DNA of 64,000 bases, taken from assembly GCA_017476605.1 (NCBI GenBank), contig JAFUZM010000088.1, positions 112-64,111 on the forward strand, written 5' to 3'. A model generated the notes under the pieces. The model did not search any database, was not told where the DNA came from, and saw only the letters and a program-made list of their open reading frames with translations. A program made the translations under genes and the position numbers. Source of the DNA: Clostridia bacterium. GTDB taxonomy: Bacteria > Bacillota > Clostridia > Christensenellales > Aristaeellaceae. Below are positions 1-8,915 of the stretch, piece after piece; within the stretch, counting starts at the first letter, position 1, and each line of letters starts with the position of its first letter.

Positions 1-237
1 TGTCACAAATAGATGTTCATCAAATGCTATAAAACCGCTTCCACTACCAAAACATTGATCGTTGCGATCATACATTTCTACATAAAACACTGATTTTGCC
101 GCTAAATCTATAGCATCATAATCCTTCCTAAATGAATACTTACTGTTTCCATTAGTATCTGCATGTACGGTATTAAACGATAAAGCAACAAGCAGTACAG
201 TTATCACTATGACAACTTGTGGCAAACTCTTCTGCAT
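1..237 (-). CDS. Trypsin-like (S1C/Trypsin_2-type) serine protease, N-terminal fragment running off the window edge
   Basis: Not in the ORF track because it runs off the window edge. Minus-strand ATG at 237-235 with AGGAG about 8 nt upstream. It translates MQKSLPQVVIVITVLLVALSFNTVHA (signal peptide) ... VFYVEMYDRNDQCFGSGSGFIAFDEHLFVT. The GSGF...FVT(N) pattern is typical of the first beta-strands of trypsin-like peptidases. Only 79 codons are visible. Confidence 0.5.
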   Translation of the reverse strand, partial: MQKSLPQVVIVITVLLVALSFNTVHADTNGNSKYSFRKDYDAIDLAAKSVFYVEMYDRNDQCFGSGSGFIAFDEHLFVT

Positions 238-338
238 TCCATAATCTCCTTGTCATATATATCAGATTATTATAGTTATTATTCTCTTTTAATGCTTTCA
301 GGTCATCAGGATTAGACTATCCATACCGGGCCAATCCA

Positions 339-1148
339 CTACTTATCCTGGCTGACCGTTACCCCTTTCCCATCTAGCTCCATGTATACATTTCCAAGCC
401 GGGTCAGCCAGACGTTGGCGCCGACGTCGTTGAGAGCACGCACCACCGATGCATCCTCAGGATTGTCGTCGTCGCTGGTAATCACGGCTTCCTTCGGGTG
501 GACGGCATCAATAAAGTAAGCCGAAAGCTTTTCCTTTCGCCCGTGATGCGGGACCTTGAGCACGTCGCATTGCTCAACGCCCTCGAGGAGAAGTTCACCA
601 AGTCTTGGATTTTCCGCATCTCCGGCAAACAGCACTTTCGTATCGCCATACGACAGGGTTGTCACAAGAGAACAGTCATTTTCCTCGTCCTGGCCGTAGT
701 CCTTTTCGTTGGCACCGTCAAAATACAAAAGAATGTCCCCAAAGGCAACAGCTCTGTTTTCACTCAGGGCTTCGCAGTTTACCGCATATTCCTCAACCGC
801 TTCAAAGAACTGCATGGTCTGCTTGGAATCGCTGGTATAATCCGGGACATAGATCATCTCTACCGGAAATGCCTTGATGATCCGATCCGCACCGCCCACA
901 TGATCCTTGTCAAAATGGGTGATCACCATAAGATCAATATGATCACATCCCAATTCACTGAGACGCTTGACCACCGTCTTCCCCTTTGCGTTGGTTGCGG
1001 CATCTATGACGATGGTCGTATCATCGGAATAGATTAAAATCGCATCCGCTTTTCCGACATCAAGAAATTCAATATGAAGATTCTCAGCGAGTCCCAACAT
1101 CGGGATGAGTAAAACGATAAAGACAATCAGCAGATGAAGTTTACGCAT
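339..1148 (-). CDS. Secreted MBL-fold metallo-hydrolase (ComEC C-terminal-domain-like)
   Basis: ORF 339..1271 trimmed to ATG 1148 (AGGAGG 6 nt upstream), which opens with the signal peptide MRKLHLLIVFIVLLIPMLGLA. HFDKDHVGG is the HxHxDH metallo-beta-lactamase motif, and there is a later VPHHG. Confidence 0.8.
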   Translation of the reverse strand: MRKLHLLIVFIVLLIPMLGLAENLHIEFLDVGKADAILIYSDDTTIVIDAATNAKGKTVVKRLSELGCDHIDLMVITHFDKDHVGGADRIIKAFPVEMIYVPDYTSDSKQTMQFFEAVEEYAVNCEALSENRAVAFGDILLYFDGANEKDYGQDEENDCSLVTTLSYGDTKVLFAGDAENPRLGELLLEGVEQCDVLKVPHHGRKEKLSAYFIDAVHPKEAVITSDDDNPEDASVVRALNDVGANVWLTRLGNVYMELDGKGVTVSQDK

Positions 1149-1154
1149 CTGTTT

Positions 1155-1224
1155 CCTCCTTTGCAGGAACGTTAGGGTTTGTTGATTTTTAAGGTGCCTG
1201 TTTCCCGATAAACTGGCAGAACGC
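1155..1224 (-). repeat. Dispersed SD-terminal intergenic element, copy A (degenerate)
   Basis: Minus strand reads GCGTTCTGCCAG...AAACAGGCACCTTAAAAATCAACAAACCCTAACGTTCCTGCAAAGGAGG, followed by N6-ATG of the MBL gene. It aligns with copies B and D (AATCAACAGACCCAACTGTACCTGCAGAGGAGG / ATCGACAAATCCCAATGTACCTGCAAAGGAGG). Confidence 0.5.
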
Positions 1225-1320
1225 TTCTTCTTCCGAGTACAGGAATTCCGGTCTGTTTGAAATCCTTCCAAATGTGATATAATCTTTGCAGCCGACGGAT
1301 TTCATTGATGAGGTTTATCT

Positions 1321-2832
1321 ATGAACAACAAGAAAACAATTGCGGACTACTGTCTGCTTGCTGCATCCGCTCTTCTTTTCCCTTTTCTTTTGTTTACGGT
1401 GTTAAACGGCTGCCTGTCCCCATGGCCGTTATATGATCGAAACCGCGTGCTGATCAGCACGCTTACGGTTGTGATCAGCGTGTTGTTTTTTGCACTCATC
1501 CGCCTGCTCATGAGGAAAAAACACCATGAGCAGAGCGGACTTCTGGATTTCTTCTGGGTTCTCGTCTTTTTTCTGATTCAGTTCTACAGTGCGCTTTTGC
1601 TGCGCCATACCCCGTTTACGGATACGGAACAGATCGTGACAGCTGCTGAAAATCTGGCTGCTGTCGGCAGCTTTGAACACGTCGAGCGGTCCTACCAGTA
1701 CCTTTCCTGGTATCCCTTCAACCTTGGTGCTGTTTATCTGTACGCTTTTCTGTTTAAAACGCTTTCTCTCATGGGCTTCCAGGATCACTATATGATCATT
1801 GCCCTTTTTGACAGCGGGCTGTTTGCACTAGGGTTCCTTGCCGGGCTCAATGCGGTCCGGCTGATTTCCGGGCAAAAATCCGCCTCTGTCTATACCTTGC
1901 TCGCGCTTCTCTGCTTTCCCTTTTATTACTGCACAGCAGAGCTTTATACGGATGTGCTGGCCCTTCCCTTTTCGACCATCATCCTCTATTTTTATCTTGT
2001 AGCCGGGAAATCGGGCTCAAAGAGAAACAGAATCATTTCTATTCTCCTGTTTGCTCTCTTTTCCGCAGCCGGTGCGCTCCTGCGTGTTACGACGATCATC
2101 ATCTCGATCGCCTGTCTCCTTGATGCGCTGTTTAAACGCCGCTTCCGGCTGTTTCTGGCGGCACTTGCCTGCCTTCTTGTGGCAATGCTTACGGGCAATA
2201 CGCTTTTTGAACGTGCAAACGCCCGTCATTTAGGCGCAGAAAATCTGAGAGTGCATCGCCTCTCTGTCTGGCATTATCTGGCAATGGGCCTTCCGACCCA
2301 TGAGGATTATGGCTACGGGCAGTACGGAGACGGCGGATGGCTGCTGCTTTCGACGTCCTTTGAGGATCCGCAGGAACGCGATGATGCGCTTAAGGAAATC
2401 ATCCGGGACCGGGTGTATTATCTCCGCTATCCGAATCGGCTGCTCAATATGCTCTCAAGGAAAAATGTATCGACCTTTGGAGATGGCACCTTCCATCTCA
2501 ATCAGCTGATCGAAGCGGATGAGCATGCGGTCAATAACCCGCTCAAGGAAATCATCTATGCCCAGGGGAAATTCAATAAAGGATATACCGCCCTATGCAC
2601 TGCGATCTTCTATTCACAGATGATTCTGGCCGGATACAGCCTGCTTCTTTATCTGCGGAGGAAGGACACCGGCGGGGCACCGGTTTTTATTGCCCTTCTC
2701 GGTGCGTTTATTTATCTGACACTCTGGGAAACAAATGCACGCTATTTCTTTGTGTTTGAGTTTCTTCTGATCATAGCAGCCTCCATCCGGCCTGTGGCCC
2801 TTTTGGCCACGGATGATCGTCCGCAGAGGTGA
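1321..2832 (+). CDS. Polytopic membrane protein, GT-C-fold glycosyltransferase-like (family 39 / ArnT-PMT-like)
   Basis: 503-aa ORF with GAGG 7 nt upstream and an extended -10 (TGATATAAT) at about 1273-1281. It has at least 10 hydrophobic segments and a loop-rich C-terminal third. The family assignment rests on overall architecture only. Confidence 0.5.
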   Translation: MNNKKTIADYCLLAASALLFPFLLFTVLNGCLSPWPLYDRNRVLISTLTVVISVLFFALIRLLMRKKHHEQSGLLDFFWVLVFFLIQFYSALLLRHTPFTDTEQIVTAAENLAAVGSFEHVERSYQYLSWYPFNLGAVYLYAFLFKTLSLMGFQDHYMIIALFDSGLFALGFLAGLNAVRLISGQKSASVYTLLALLCFPFYYCTAELYTDVLALPFSTIILYFYLVAGKSGSKRNRIISILLFALFSAAGALLRVTTIIISIACLLDALFKRRFRLFLAALACLLVAMLTGNTLFERANARHLGAENLRVHRLSVWHYLAMGLPTHEDYGYGQYGDGGWLLLSTSFEDPQERDDALKEIIRDRVYYLRYPNRLLNMLSRKNVSTFGDGTFHLNQLIEADEHAVNNPLKEIIYAQGKFNKGYTALCTAIFYSQMILAGYSLLLYLRRKDTGGAPVFIALLGAFIYLTLWETNARYFFVFEFLLIIAASIRPVALLATDDRPQR

Positions 2833-2850
2833 TTCTCACAGGAACCGGTC

Positions 2851-4413
2851 TCAGTCGACATCCATATCCTCAAGGGCACTGAGACCAACCTTGGCGACCG
2901 GGCGTGAATCTCCGTGCCGGACAAACTGCATGGTGACAAAGGCCAGGACAGCGAAGATGACGGCATACGGGAACAGCGTCAGCATTCCGTATTTATCCAT
3001 AATCATACCCGAGAGAATCGGCGTTGCAATCTGCGCAGCCATGGAGGCGGTATAGTAAATGCCGGTAAAGCGCCCTACGTCCGCCTCGCTGCACATTTCG
3101 ACCACCATGGGGAACGAATTGACATTGATGGTGGCCCAGCCGATACCGGCCAGTGCAAACATTACATTCATCACGGCTGTCGGACTGCCTGCACGCATGA
3201 AGGCGGCAATGAAGAAGGCGGTGGCCAGCATCACGACACCGGCAAGAATTGTCTTTTTCCGTCCGATTCTGGAGGCGATGATGCCTACCGGGATATAGGA
3301 GCAGATGGCGGCGACCTGAGCGATGATTAAGGTCAGGTTATAATTCTTATTCAGAATGCTTGTCGCATAGACGGAGTATTTTGAGGTCACTGCATTATAG
3401 GCCATGAACCAGAGGACGATGGACGCAAGGAGAAACATCATCGAACGTTTTTGAGATGCTCCCATCTGCCCCTTTCCGGAGCTTTCCTTATCCTCCTGCT
3501 CAATACCGTACTTTTTGCTGTCCTCATGCATCTTTCTCACAAGCTGCGGTTCCCGGACCGTAAGCATGAACAGCACAAGTGCCAGGGTCATGATGGCGGC
3601 AATGGTTGTAAAATATCCCGTATAGCCCATCATCGTATTTTCAAGCGCACTGGTCCGAAAGACCATTCCGAGCACAAGGACGATGATGCCGCCGGCGGAG
3701 CCCATCAGGTTGATGATGGCATTTGCCTTTGAGCGTAACGGCTTGATCGTTACATCCGGCATCAGGGCAACGGCTGGTGAACGGAACGTTGCCATCGAAA
3801 CAAGCACAATCAGCAGAAGAACGATAAACAGGACCAGAATTCCGGGATGGGTCAGAGTGATCTGTCGGGTAAATGCCTGCCTCGCCGGGACGACCACCTG
3901 GGTATAGAGAGGATTCACTGCCTCTTCCCCATTTATGATCGTTCTGCTTGTAATTGCCGTGAACTCCTCTTCGGTAAAACGCTCGGAAAGGACAAAGGTT
4001 TCTCCCTCCGGCGTTGTGATTTCAGCCAGCTTCTCGGCTTCATAGATAGTCGCAAGAGCGCCTGAATCGTCAATCTTTGCGGCTTCCTCGATTTTTCTCA
4101 GCTGCATGCCGTCAACAAAGGACAGAAGGATAAAAGCGATAACGGCAGTGATGGTGCCAAAAAGGATAAAGGGTGTCCGTCTTCCAAGTTTCGTATTCGT
4201 CTTGTCCGAGAGGGTTCCAAACAAAGGCAGCAGAAAGAGCGCCAAAATATTATCCAGCGCCATGATAAATCCGGACCACGTCTGATTCATTCCGAATTTG
4301 TTTGTGAGGATCATTGGAATGGTGTTATCATATGCCTGCCAGAAGGCACAGATTAAGAAGAAGGCAAATCCTACACAGATCACTTGTCTGTTGTTCAGTT
4401 TTGGTGCTTTCAT
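2851..4413 (-). CDS. MFS transporter with a large central soluble loop
   Basis: 520-aa ORF. N-terminal SDKTNTKLGRRTPFILFG is the MFS loop 2-3 motif (GRRxPF). About 12 TM segments, plus an acidic insertion of roughly 90 aa (RKIEEAAKIDD...TEEEFTAITS). Confidence 0.8.
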   Translation of the reverse strand: MKAPKLNNRQVICVGFAFFLICAFWQAYDNTIPMILTNKFGMNQTWSGFIMALDNILALFLLPLFGTLSDKTNTKLGRRTPFILFGTITAVIAFILLSFVDGMQLRKIEEAAKIDDSGALATIYEAEKLAEITTPEGETFVLSERFTEEEFTAITSRTIINGEEAVNPLYTQVVVPARQAFTRQITLTHPGILVLFIVLLLIVLVSMATFRSPAVALMPDVTIKPLRSKANAIINLMGSAGGIIVLVLGMVFRTSALENTMMGYTGYFTTIAAIMTLALVLFMLTVREPQLVRKMHEDSKKYGIEQEDKESSGKGQMGASQKRSMMFLLASIVLWFMAYNAVTSKYSVYATSILNKNYNLTLIIAQVAAICSYIPVGIIASRIGRKKTILAGVVMLATAFFIAAFMRAGSPTAVMNVMFALAGIGWATINVNSFPMVVEMCSEADVGRFTGIYYTASMAAQIATPILSGMIMDKYGMLTLFPYAVIFAVLAFVTMQFVRHGDSRPVAKVGLSALEDMDVD

Positions 4414-4480
4414 TGTTTTGCTTTTCCTTTCTTATCTTATGGATATTTGTTTACTGGTTTCGAGATTGTGAGGAATGTGT

Positions 4481-4888
4481 ATGTTGAAGAAAGCCTTTTT
4501 GGTGCTGATCCCCTTTATTCTCTTGTTTCTGTTCGGCGTGATTCTCCTGATACGTCCTCATGATCAGGTAAGGATCATAGAAGTGACGGATACCTTTACC
4601 AGGCAGGAGAAGACGGGTATGCGATCCTCACACAGGCATACGGTTGATTATGCCAATGTTATCGTGGAAGTGAATGGCACTCAGCATGTTGTCACCGTCC
4701 ATGATCATACCTGGGATCCATTGAAGGCCGGTGACAGTGTGGTAGTCACAACGAGCCTTGGCGGGAAAATCGTTGAGTATAAAACGGAAAATGCCTACAG
4801 ACTGATGGCCTTTGCCGCCATCATGGGGTCTGTGGTTATGGGGCTGTTTGTTCTTATCGCGAGACGAAGAAGGAAAACGATGACGTGA
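4481..4888 (+). CDS. Small two-TM membrane protein (DUF3592-like topology), function unknown
   Basis: ORF 4475..4888. The ATG at 4481 has the better spacing (7 nt) to GAGG. An N-terminal TM (LVLIPFILLFLFGVILLI) and a C-terminal TM (LMAFAAIMGSVVMGLFVLIA, then RRRRK) flank a beta-rich middle region. Confidence 0.5.
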   Translation: MLKKAFLVLIPFILLFLFGVILLIRPHDQVRIIEVTDTFTRQEKTGMRSSHRHTVDYANVIVEVNGTQHVVTVHDHTWDPLKAGDSVVVTTSLGGKIVEYKTENAYRLMAFAAIMGSVVMGLFVLIARRRRKTMT

Positions 4889-5090
4889 ACGGCAGAGCCG
4901 AATAACGGGCAGAACAGAAAAGCGTACATCGGGATGGGTTATCCCTGGCTTTTCTCTTCCGAAATGGCTGCATTTCGGAAGAAAGATCAAAACCATCCCG
5001 TTTCGGGACCCGTGATCTGCGCTGGTTCCCTATCCTGTTTGACTGTACCTCAAAAGTGCTACTTATTCTTTTGACAATTTGGAGGCAGAA

Positions 5091-5888
5091 GTGTTCATTC
5101 TCATTATCTTACTTGTTTTGGTACTACTTTTTCTTTTTCTGATTGCACCCTCAAGGGAAGCTGGACGGTTTTCCCAGTTTCAGGGCAGAACCTATGCACA
5201 TCGGGGATTATACAGCGAGAACCAGTCCATCACGGAAAATACACTTGAAGCGTTTGACAAGGCAGCAAGCCTTGGGTATGGGATAGAGCTTGACATTCGC
5301 TTTACCAAGGACAAAAAGATCGTCGTTTTCCACGATAACACACTGACGCGATTTGCCGGAAAAGATATCCGAATAGATGAGATGGAGTATGCGGAACTGG
5401 CGGGCATTTTGCTGCCCGGTCATTCGCATATTCCGCTATTTACAGAGGTTCTTGACTGTGTCAGGGGACGTGTCCCCCTCATCGTTGAGATCAAAAACGG
5501 GAGAAACGATCCGGAGCTTTGCGCGTCTGCGCTTGCGATCCTTCAAAAATATGATGGGCCGTTTTGCATTGAAAGCTTTGACCCAAGAATTGTCAGGTGG
5601 TTTAAAAAGAATGCACCGGATATCTGTCGGGGACAACTGGCCTGCAGTGTGCCCACTGCCGACAAGGGAACGCCAAGAATTGTTGCCTTTGCGGCCTCCC
5701 GCTGTATGCTGAATTTCCTTTCCCGTCCCCACTTTGTTGCCTATGAGCTGACAAAAAAGCCGTTCAGCGTAAAGCTCTGCGAGAAACTGGGTGCCATTCC
5801 TGTTTGCTGGACCAGTCACGCATTAAGCGACCACGGGAAAAACCAGATGGTCATCTTTGAATACTATTATCCGGAGACGCACTTTTAA
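5091..5888 (+). CDS. Membrane-anchored glycerophosphodiester phosphodiesterase (GDPD family)
   Basis: AHRGLY...ENTLEAFDKAASLGYGIELDIRFTKDKKIVVFHD matches the GDPD catalytic signature (HRG, E-N-T, ELD, HD). The ORF track starts at TTG 5079. GTG 5091 lies 6 nt after GGAGG and is the more likely start. Confidence 0.8.
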   Translation: MFILIILLVLVLLFLFLIAPSREAGRFSQFQGRTYAHRGLYSENQSITENTLEAFDKAASLGYGIELDIRFTKDKKIVVFHDNTLTRFAGKDIRIDEMEYAELAGILLPGHSHIPLFTEVLDCVRGRVPLIVEIKNGRNDPELCASALAILQKYDGPFCIESFDPRIVRWFKKNAPDICRGQLACSVPTADKGTPRIVAFAASRCMLNFLSRPHFVAYELTKKPFSVKLCEKLGAIPVCWTSHALSDHGKNQMVIFEYYYPETHF

Positions 5889-5937
5889 ACTCCTGCCTAT
5901 TTTATCATATTCAAAACAAAGAAACAATTTATTGAGT

Positions 5938-5966
5938 AAACCCGCTGGTTATTTCCAGCGGGTTTA
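5938..5966. terminator. Hairpin between convergent genes (bidirectional terminator candidate)
   Basis: AAACCCGCTGG-TTATTT-CCAGCGGGTTT. It is an 11-bp perfect stem, and the U-tracts on both sides are weak. Confidence 0.45.
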
Positions 5967-5971
5967 CGCGT

Positions 5972-6412
5972 TTATGAAATTGAAAGTGCGCTGTTTCTTG
6001 CCTCATCATATTCCTTTTGAAGCTTTTTCTCATCTGCCTCGCTCCAGACAAAGAGATCCAGAAGGTCCTTAAGGAATGCGATGCGTTCTGCTTTCCTATT
6101 TGTATTGGCCAGATGCATGTTCATTCCGATCAGCGTATTGGCAAAATCCATTTGCATACCTCTTTCGCCATGCTCATCTTCACTGAAAATGTAGAGATCT
6201 GTAATTGCCTTCTTTTTAATATCCTCAATCCGGTACTGCTCTAAAATTGCTTTTTTGAGACCCTGCCAATGAGAAAGAAAGACATCGACAATCCTCTGCT
6301 CATCCTCATCAAAATCCGACCATACTTCCTCTATTTCGCTGAGAAAATCGACAATGGGCAGACTGGAAACTTCAAGCTGAGTTGTCGGTATTTTCCCGTT
6401 TTTGATTTTCAC
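5972..6412 (-). CDS. Hypothetical acidic cytoplasmic protein
   Basis: 146-aa ORF with a GTG start, AAGAGG upstream and its own strong promoter. I recognise no family. Local sequence is visibly AT-richer than the neighbouring genes. Confidence 0.5.
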   Translation of the reverse strand: MKIKNGKIPTTQLEVSSLPIVDFLSEIEEVWSDFDEDEQRIVDVFLSHWQGLKKAILEQYRIEDIKKKAITDLYIFSEDEHGERGMQMDFANTLIGMNMHLANTNRKAERIAFLKDLLDLFVWSEADEKKLQKEYDEARNSALSIS

Positions 6413-6482
6413 ATTAAAGCCTCTTTTCGTTTCTTAAGATCGAATGGTGCTATTGGCACAACTCGTTCAGAGAACCGAATTC

Positions 6483-6511
6483 ATTCTATCTTATTCCACA
6501 GACATCGTCAA
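6483..6511 (-). promoter_or_regulatory. Sigma-A promoter for the 146-aa gene
   Basis: Minus strand reads TTGACG-17 nt-TAGAAT. Confidence 0.5.
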
Positions 6512-6542
6512 CACCTTTAAGAAACTTTTGGAGACTTAAAAA

Positions 6543-8309
6543 TCAAAGGTCAGATGCCGTCCTGATGATTTTTGCCGTTCCTCCATTGGCACTGATGGCC
6601 TTTTGAATGGCAGCCTGATGATCCGAGTCTACCTTATAGCTCCCGCTTGTCCGTGAATTCAGGAAATGGAGACAGAATTGCCCGCTGAAGCTGTTGTTTG
6701 TGATCACCTGCTGACCATGGGGCTGTCCGTAGATGGAGCATGCGATCCGATAACCGTTTGGCGAGGTAATCACAGCCGGACGCCGTACGTATGAGATCGC
6801 TGAAGCACTTGAAACATTGAATATTGAACAAAGCGTTGCTGTATCCGAACTGGTGGCCGGTTCAACATCCAGGTGATATCCGGCAGACTGGATATAGACG
6901 CGAAGGCTCTTTCCGGTAGCAACATCTGTCAGGGTTGCGTAATTTCCCTTTACAAAACCGATTTTTGAAAAGACGCCATTCTCTTTGGCAGTGAACCAGT
7001 CAAGAGAGTAAATATTTGCGGAATCCGCAGAATCTCCCGGATTTTGCGCGGCATCCTCGCTTTCGCTTCCACCGTTTCGAAGAGCGGCAATCGTTGCCGG
7101 GTCAAGGGTTCCGGTCTGGGAAAGACCGTTTTGCTTCTGGAACTTAATAACGGCATCTCTTGTCTTGGTTCCGAAATGACCGGTAATATCACCGCTGTAC
7201 AGCTTCATTCCTCTTAGAATCTGCTGCATCTCAGAGATCACATCTGCACGGTCACCAACGGAATATGTCCTTGTATCGCTCTGTTCCGCAGTGGTTGAGG
7301 ATGCGGCAGTAGCCTGAGACGAACTTGGGAGATTTCCATACAGGAGTGCCTGAATGGTTGAAGTGTCCGCATTTCCAGTTGCACTGAGGCCGACAGCTTT
7401 CTGATATTTCCTGACAGCCGCCTCTGTCTTGCTTCCATAATGACCGGTGATGTCGCCACTGTAATACCCCAGCTGAGCCAGTCGTTTCTGAACCTCGAGC
7501 ACAAGGTCTCCGGTTGAATCAAGGCTCAGGGTTCCGCTTTCCCAGGTGGTGTCTGTCTGATTCTGAACCGCATCAGCGTTATCATATACGTTTTCCGAGC
7601 TGCTTTCCGGTTCGCTTTTCCCCTCTGCTTTTTCGCGGATCATGCGAAGCGTCGTCTCATCCAGTTCTCCTGTTGCATTTAATCCCACGCGCCGCTGGAA
7701 GGCCTTGATCGAATTGGTTGTAATTGTCCCAATATTGCCGGTGATATCACCGTAATAAATGCCCATCTCCTTCAGTGCCTGCTGGACGTACATAACGGTT
7801 TCTTTCTGGGAATTGGAAGAGTTGGCAGAACCCACGGCGTTTGTCGCTTCAGAGCTCGCCTTGACAGGCTCACTGGATGCCGAATCAATGCTTTGGGCAG
7901 ATTCCTGCCAGGCGTCAATATTGATGCGCGGGACGCCGCTTCTGGTGCCTGCCGTCTCCTCAGGCAGCATGCCAAGAGGAAGACCGAATTCATTTGAAAA
8001 CTGCTCTGCACCGAAGGTAAACACATATTCCTTGTTCCCTTCCTTTTGCGCGACCCAGCCGCTGCCGGTTTCACCATCCGCATTGATGTAGTCAACACCG
8101 ATGAACATGAGATTTCCGTTTTGTACATAGCGGCGAATAAAGACACATCTGTCCTCAAGCAGATTGTCAATGATTTCTCCGTTTAGTGAAGGCGTGGATC
8201 TCACCCGAACACGCGTCTCCGTTATTCCGTATTCGTTATCCGCAAAGCCTGCTGTCAAAATGCCCATCATCAGGGCAGCAAGGCAAAAGATCAGGATGAT
8301 TTTTTTCAT
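6543..8309 (-). CDS. Secreted protein with an SH3b domain, three PG_binding_1 repeats and a C-terminal domain of unknown function
   Basis: ORF trimmed to ATG 8309 (AGGAGG about 9 nt upstream), which opens with the signal peptide MKKIILIFCLAALMMGILTAGFA. TRVRVRSTPSLNGEII is SH3b-like. There are three copies of the peptidoglycan-binding motif (LKEMGIYYGDITGNIGTITTNSIKAFQRRVGLNATGELD; LAQLGYYSGDITGHYGSKTEAAVRKYQKAVGLSATGNAD; LRGMKLYSGDITGHFGTKTRDAVIKFQKQNGLSQTGTLD). Confidence 0.8.
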   Translation of the reverse strand: MKKIILIFCLAALMMGILTAGFADNEYGITETRVRVRSTPSLNGEIIDNLLEDRCVFIRRYVQNGNLMFIGVDYINADGETGSGWVAQKEGNKEYVFTFGAEQFSNEFGLPLGMLPEETAGTRSGVPRINIDAWQESAQSIDSASSEPVKASSEATNAVGSANSSNSQKETVMYVQQALKEMGIYYGDITGNIGTITTNSIKAFQRRVGLNATGELDETTLRMIREKAEGKSEPESSSENVYDNADAVQNQTDTTWESGTLSLDSTGDLVLEVQKRLAQLGYYSGDITGHYGSKTEAAVRKYQKAVGLSATGNADTSTIQALLYGNLPSSSQATAASSTTAEQSDTRTYSVGDRADVISEMQQILRGMKLYSGDITGHFGTKTRDAVIKFQKQNGLSQTGTLDPATIAALRNGGSESEDAAQNPGDSADSANIYSLDWFTAKENGVFSKIGFVKGNYATLTDVATGKSLRVYIQSAGYHLDVEPATSSDTATLCSIFNVSSASAISYVRRPAVITSPNGYRIACSIYGQPHGQQVITNNSFSGQFCLHFLNSRTSGSYKVDSDHQAAIQKAISANGGTAKIIRTASDL

Positions 8310-8319
8310 CGTTCTCATT

Positions 8320-8418
8320 CCTCCTCTGCAGGTACAGTTGGGTCTGTTGATTCGCCAAGCCATATGTCAAGTACCTGCTTTCTGACAAAACCATCGCGTA
8401 CGCGATGGGCATGGCTCC
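8320..8418 (-). repeat. Dispersed SD-terminal intergenic element, copy B (gene-proximal)
   Basis: Minus strand reads CCATCGCGTACGCGATGGTTTTGTCAGAAAGCAGGTACTTGACATATGGCTTGGCGAATCAACAGACCCAACTGTACCTGCAGAGGAGG. GCAGGTAC and GTACCTGC are perfect reverse complements, and the 3' arm abuts the SD. Confidence 0.7.
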
Positions 8419-8478
8419 TCTGGCAGGCAACTTGGTCTTTCGGCGTAGTGACTTTGTCAGTGCTCGTTACCTGACAAA

Positions 8479-8560
8479 CTCCTCATCAGGTGCGTCTGTG
8501 TTTGTTGATGTGCCAAGCCATTCTGCCGCGTACCTGCCTCGTGGCAGAATGGCTTGGCTC
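8479..8560 (-). repeat. Dispersed element, copy B' (tandem distal copy in the same leader) embedded in a 16-bp perfect hairpin
   Basis: Minus strand reads GCCAAGCCATTCTGCC-ACGAGGCAGGTACGC-GGCAGAATGGCTTGGC ACATCAACAAACACAGACGCACCTGATGAGGAG. It aligns with copy B (ATGGCTTGGC.AATCAACA.AC...ACCTG..GAGGAG). Confidence 0.6.
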
Positions 8561-8779
8561 CTTATGAACAGAATTGTACTGCATTTGCGGTGTCGGAGCT
8601 ATCTTTATGACGAAACAGGAAACCGGGTTTATCCCACCGGGGCAGACAGGAATGTTCAGAGAAGACACACGATTATTTTTCCTTATGGCCGTATAATTTT
8701 TTCTTTTACCGTTTTATCCCCAAACGCCTGTTTATTTAGCGAAATATTAACAAAACGTTCGGATATTGTTATTTTTTTG

Positions 8780-8793
8780 ACAATTATAATTGT
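8780..8793. promoter_or_regulatory. Perfect 14-bp palindrome (candidate operator) in the divergent control region
   Basis: ACAATTATAATTGT, preceded by ATTGT-N10-ACAAT (8765-8784). It lies in the AT-rich region between the leader of the PG-binding gene and MATE-1. Confidence 0.3.
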
Positions 8794-8915
8794 TTCTTTG
8801 GATTCGATCATGAATTATTATTTGTTTTTATAGTTTGTTTTCGCTATAATCCATATAAATTTGAACCGGATTTTAGTTATTGTTCCATAAACTTTTTAAA
8901 GGGGAGGCGGCAAAA

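Noticed and set aside
339-1271. N-terminal extensions of track ORFs: 339..1271, 6543..8363, 8880..10352, 10468..11916, 16072..18186, 21788..22831, 31503..32000, 35130..35783, 42656..44329, 51895..52653, 54686..55750 and 61385..62737.
   Set aside because: In each case an internal ATG with a well-spaced AGGAGG-type SD is followed by the expected signal peptide or conserved N-terminus. The upstream extension reads through intergenic repeats, promoters or the end of the preceding gene.
8365-8380. The TTGACA hexamer conserved in repeat copies B, C and D, considered as a -35 promoter box (also at 10467-10472 and 21933-21938).
   Set aside because: No acceptable -10 hexamer lies 16-19 nt downstream in B or D (ACAGAC, TCCCAA), and only a weak ATCTAA in C. 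The hexamer is more simply part of the TGTCA/TGACA stem of the element. A promoter function in copy C cannot be fully excluded.
8310-8640. c-di-AMP (ydaO/yuaA) or another known riboswitch upstream of the cell-wall-binding protein gene.
   Set aside because: I could not find the hallmark conserved segments of ydaO (the pseudo-symmetric ACGGGG/CCCA-type cores). I also found none for the glycine, SAM, TPP, c-di-GMP or ZTP classes. The structure is explained by duplicated copies of the dispersed repeat. A covariance-model scan would be needed to be certain.
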